A stretch of DNA of 64,000 nt. Origin: a virus. Positions 61,358-64,000 of this stretch are shown here, piece after piece. The position numbers and the translations under genes are program-made. The notes below the pieces were generated by a model. The model had not been told where the DNA came from and did no database searches. It saw only the letters and a list, made by a program, of their open reading frames with translations. Position 1 is the first letter of the stretch. The number at the start of each line of letters is the position of its first letter. Location: IMG/VR virus record IMGVR_UViG_3300020171_000003, positions 1-64,000 of that record; one strand, given 5' to 3'.

Positions 61358-61889
61358 GTTAAATCCGAATGATAAAAGGAAGTTTCTTACCGCTTGTGAT
61401 AGATTGATGGCTAATATACCACACGCAAGCAGAAAGATTAATCAGGATTCAGCTTATGCTTTGCAACAAAATTTGATTTCCAATATTTCAAGTCAAAAGT
61501 TTTCTTATCCGGCTCATAATGAGCGTTACTCAGAATGGAAACAACAATACGGTAAAGGTAAAGGTAAATCAGATTTCTGGAATTTATATGGTGATTTATT
61601 AAAAGCTATTCAAGTGAAAATAGTACAATGGAAAGATCAGTCTGAATTTTTTGTAGGGATTCCTCCTAAGATTCAAGATTCTGGAGGGAAATCTTGGTTT
61701 GGTGTAGGGGAAAAAGGAGCAACAAAAGAAATTTTAAGTTATGCACTTATTATGGAAAAAGGCGGTCAGAATGGGAAACAACCGCCCAGACCTTTATTCG
61801 AACCTACAGAAGGAGAATTTGGAGCTTCTGATAGAAGATCAAGAATTGCTAACCAAGGACTAATAAGGATTTTACAATCATGGAGATAA
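61335..61889 (+). CDS. Neck / tail-completion protein
   Basis: GDLLKAI, YALIMEKG...PPRPLFEP. Confidence 0.65.
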   Translation: MAFSLQFELNPNDKRKFLTACDRLMANIPHASRKINQDSAYALQQNLISNISSQKFSYPAHNERYSEWKQQYGKGKGKSDFWNLYGDLLKAIQVKIVQWKDQSEFFVGIPPKIQDSGGKSWFGVGEKGATKEILSYALIMEKGGQNGKQPPRPLFEPTEGEFGASDRRSRIANQGLIRILQSWR

Positions 61890-62443
61890 ATATTGAAGAA
61901 GCTGAAAAGTATTTAGATTTTATTGATGTAAAGTATTTTGAAGCAAAGAAGAATGGTATGTCCAGATTTGATGTAAAATGGGGTGTTTGGTCTGTTGTCA
62001 TGAATAGAGAACTCCGAAATAAAGAGAAAGAAAATCCTTTATTAGTTTCTGTTTTTATGTATTGGGTAGCAGCCTCTCAATTATTGCAGTTATGTTTTAA
62101 ACATAAGGTTTTAAAGAATTTAGCAAAAAAGAAATTGAGACAAGAGATGGAGAGTCTTAAAAATAGGATAAAAGAAGGTATTGCACCTGAGGAATCTATT
62201 CAAGAATTTGTTATTAAAGGAATTAAGAAATAATGGAACTTATTGATAAGAAAATAATAAAGATGGATTTTCTTATTGGATTATCTTCTGATGATATAGA
62301 AAATCTTTTCTATATTTTACAGAGGACAGAAGTACTTTTGGACGAAAAAGATCCTTTAAGTGTAAAAGCTCATCACTTTTTTGTCCATACATTTTTTAAA
62401 TTTATTTTAGATTTGAAAGAGGAGATTGATTCTAATGGCATTG

Positions 62444-62896
62444 GATCCGACCGCTCGTAAAGCAAATGTGAAGGATTCTATAAAGAAGTATTTTATAGAT
62501 ACAGTTCAAACCATAGAAGGTGTACCTGTTTCTTTTGATACTTCGGCAAGAACGCCTAAATTGACAGGGCAACCTAAAGAAGTCTTACAATGGGTCGGGA
62601 TTGATCTTGGTTCTTTTTCAATATCAGATTGGACAGAATTTTATATTATGATCTTTTGTTGTACGAGAAAAGATTATGAAGGTTTTAAATTAGCACAATT
62701 AAGAGATAAGGTGGTTGGATATTTAACAGCGAATAGTGGAAGTATTCCTTTTTATAGAAGCTATTCAGATCAAGCTTGGACATTACTTGGCGGTATGACA
62801 GTTTTAAATGTATTAGAATCAGAAGAAATGCAAGCTCCGGACGAAACCAAGTATGTAATGCTAACCTGTAGAATAGGATTTGTGAGCAAATTATGA
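62444..62896 (+). CDS. Probable tail terminator
   Basis: Size and position before the tail tube gene. Confidence 0.45.
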   Translation, partial: DPTARKANVKDSIKKYFIDTVQTIEGVPVSFDTSARTPKLTGQPKEVLQWVGIDLGSFSISDWTEFYIMIFCCTRKDYEGFKLAQLRDKVVGYLTANSGSIPFYRSYSDQAWTLLGGMTVLNVLESEEMQAPDETKYVMLTCRIGFVSKL

Positions 62897-63162
62897 GCAA
62901 TCAAAAAGTTTTTTTACAATGTGATGTGTGTGGTAAAAATATTATTGAAAGATTGCCAAACGGTCTTTTTAGATTTATGTTTGGAAAAAAAGGAGAGGAA
63001 GATTTTCCTCCTGTAGAAATTTTGATTCATGGAAATATTAAAATGAGATGTTTAAGGAGAAGTTGCAAAGAATGGAATGTTTTCAACTTTTTACCTTTTG
63101 CCGAAATCCAATCGGAAACGAAGTTCTCCGTAGATAATTCAAAAAGAAGGGAGGTGAAATAA
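62893..63162 (+). CDS. Zn-ribbon (Mu Com-like) small protein
   Basis: CDVCGK...IKMRC...CKEWN. Confidence 0.5.
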   Translation: MSNQKVFLQCDVCGKNIIERLPNGLFRFMFGKKGEEDFPPVEILIHGNIKMRCLRRSCKEWNVFNFLPFAEIQSETKFSVDNSKRREVK

Positions 63163-63163
63163 T

Positions 63164-63757
63164 ATGGCTATTACTGGACCTGTTACAAAAAATACAACCA
63201 CTCCTGTTATAGGATTGGCGCAAATTCGTTTAGGATCGTCTGGAACCAATATTGCAAGTGTTGCTCCTGTTTTGACTGCTAGCAATTCAATTGGTTCTGT
63301 GGCAAGTACTAAATTTGTATCTGCTATTGACTTTTTCAGATTGGAGTCTGGTTATCCTTTAATGGAGGATGCTGCTTATCCGATTCGTGAGAAAGCTTCA
63401 ATGGAAGTTGCTTTTAAAGAAATTACCCCGGCTAACATTGCTTATGCTCTTGGTTTAGATGGTGCTTCTGGAGAATATTCTGCGGCTCATTCTGGTGAAA
63501 TTTCTTTAGGAACTGTCAAAACTCCAGCTTTTATTCGTTTGGAGTCTGTTTATACTTATCCTGATGGAAGTAATAAAATGCAGATCATTTTCCCCAGGGC
63601 TCAGATTTTGTCTAATGTTGAGTTAGATCATAATGCAGAGGAGCCTTTGGCTACTCCTATGATGATTGAAGCAAAACGGGCAGATTCTAATGTTGATGGT
63701 GGGAATGCTGTTTGGGATAATAAACCTTATGGACGAATTTTTTGGTCCGTTTCATAA
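63164..63757 (+). CDS. Major tail tube protein
   Basis: 197 aa; EITPANIAYALG, IIFPRAQ; no sheath gene upstream. Confidence 0.7.
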   Translation: MAITGPVTKNTTTPVIGLAQIRLGSSGTNIASVAPVLTASNSIGSVASTKFVSAIDFFRLESGYPLMEDAAYPIREKASMEVAFKEITPANIAYALGLDGASGEYSAAHSGEISLGTVKTPAFIRLESVYTYPDGSNKMQIIFPRAQILSNVELDHNAEEPLATPMMIEAKRADSNVDGGNAVWDNKPYGRIFWSVS

Positions 63758-63777
63758 GTAAGTAGAAGGAGTTTAAA

Positions 63778-64000
63778 ATGAAAACCGTGGAGAACGAGTT
63801 AAATCAACTTAATCCGAGGATTTTGAATGTCACAGTAGGCATAAGAAATCCTCGGAAAATTAAAATGTATCCTTTATCATTGAAGGATGAAACAGACTTA
63901 TTAGATTTGATTAAAGAAGGGATGGAAGGTTTAGCAAAGTTAGGTGAAGCAGAAACCGATACCCTTGAAGTAGTAGATTTTGTTTCATTTCTTATTCAGT
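63778..64000 (+). CDS. Probable tail assembly chaperone, 3'-truncated
   Basis: Follows tail tube; AAGGAG RBS; open to the window end. Confidence 0.45.
   Translation, partial: MKTVENELNQLNPRILNVTVGIRNPRKIKMYPLSLKDETDLLDLIKEGMEGLAKLGEAETDTLEVVDFVSFLIQ

Noticed and set aside
1-64000. tRNA genes, integrase, introns/inteins, reverse transcriptase/DGR, alternative genetic code
   Set aside because: None recognised by eye; core genes are intact, of normal length, and use all three stop codons

Overview
This is 64 kb of an AT-rich (~31% GC) tailed dsDNA phage genome, siphovirus-like, with no integrase in the window. Layout: lysis and tail-end genes (1-2.4 kb, +); a large replication/recombination block (2.4-30.6 kb, -: split Rad50/SbcC, Mre11, flap nuclease, RecA/UvsX, SSB, UvsY, clamp loader, UDG-PolA, beta clamp, DnaB, primase, SF2 helicase) that contains a 7-deazaguanine DNA-modification cluster (DpdA-like, GT-B, unknown, DpdL-like, FolE, QueE, QueD; no QueC); an early region of small promoter-bearing cassettes with several exact repeats (30.6-40.9 kb); a probable genome-end region (40.9-43 kb); and a lambda-like head/tail operon (43-64 kb, +) interrupted by an 8-gene glycosyl-/methyl-transferase and radical-SAM block. 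The strongest unexplained signals are: (1) ~1.35 kb (41172-42526) almost free of GG/CC dinucleotides, including a Gly-free, Trp-free HTH gene bracketed by a perfect 27-bp inverted repeat, followed abruptly by a G-rich tract, an IHF site, a dif-like site and ~1 kb enriched in CCG/CGG; (2) a Ser-Gly-Glu tripeptide occurring 10 times in four virion proteins around the glycosyltransferase block, a candidate glycosylation sequon; (3) a glycosyltransferase inside a QueC-less deazaguanine cluster whose DpdA-like protein appears circularly permuted. All protein calls come from motif recognition by eye; no database searches were run.
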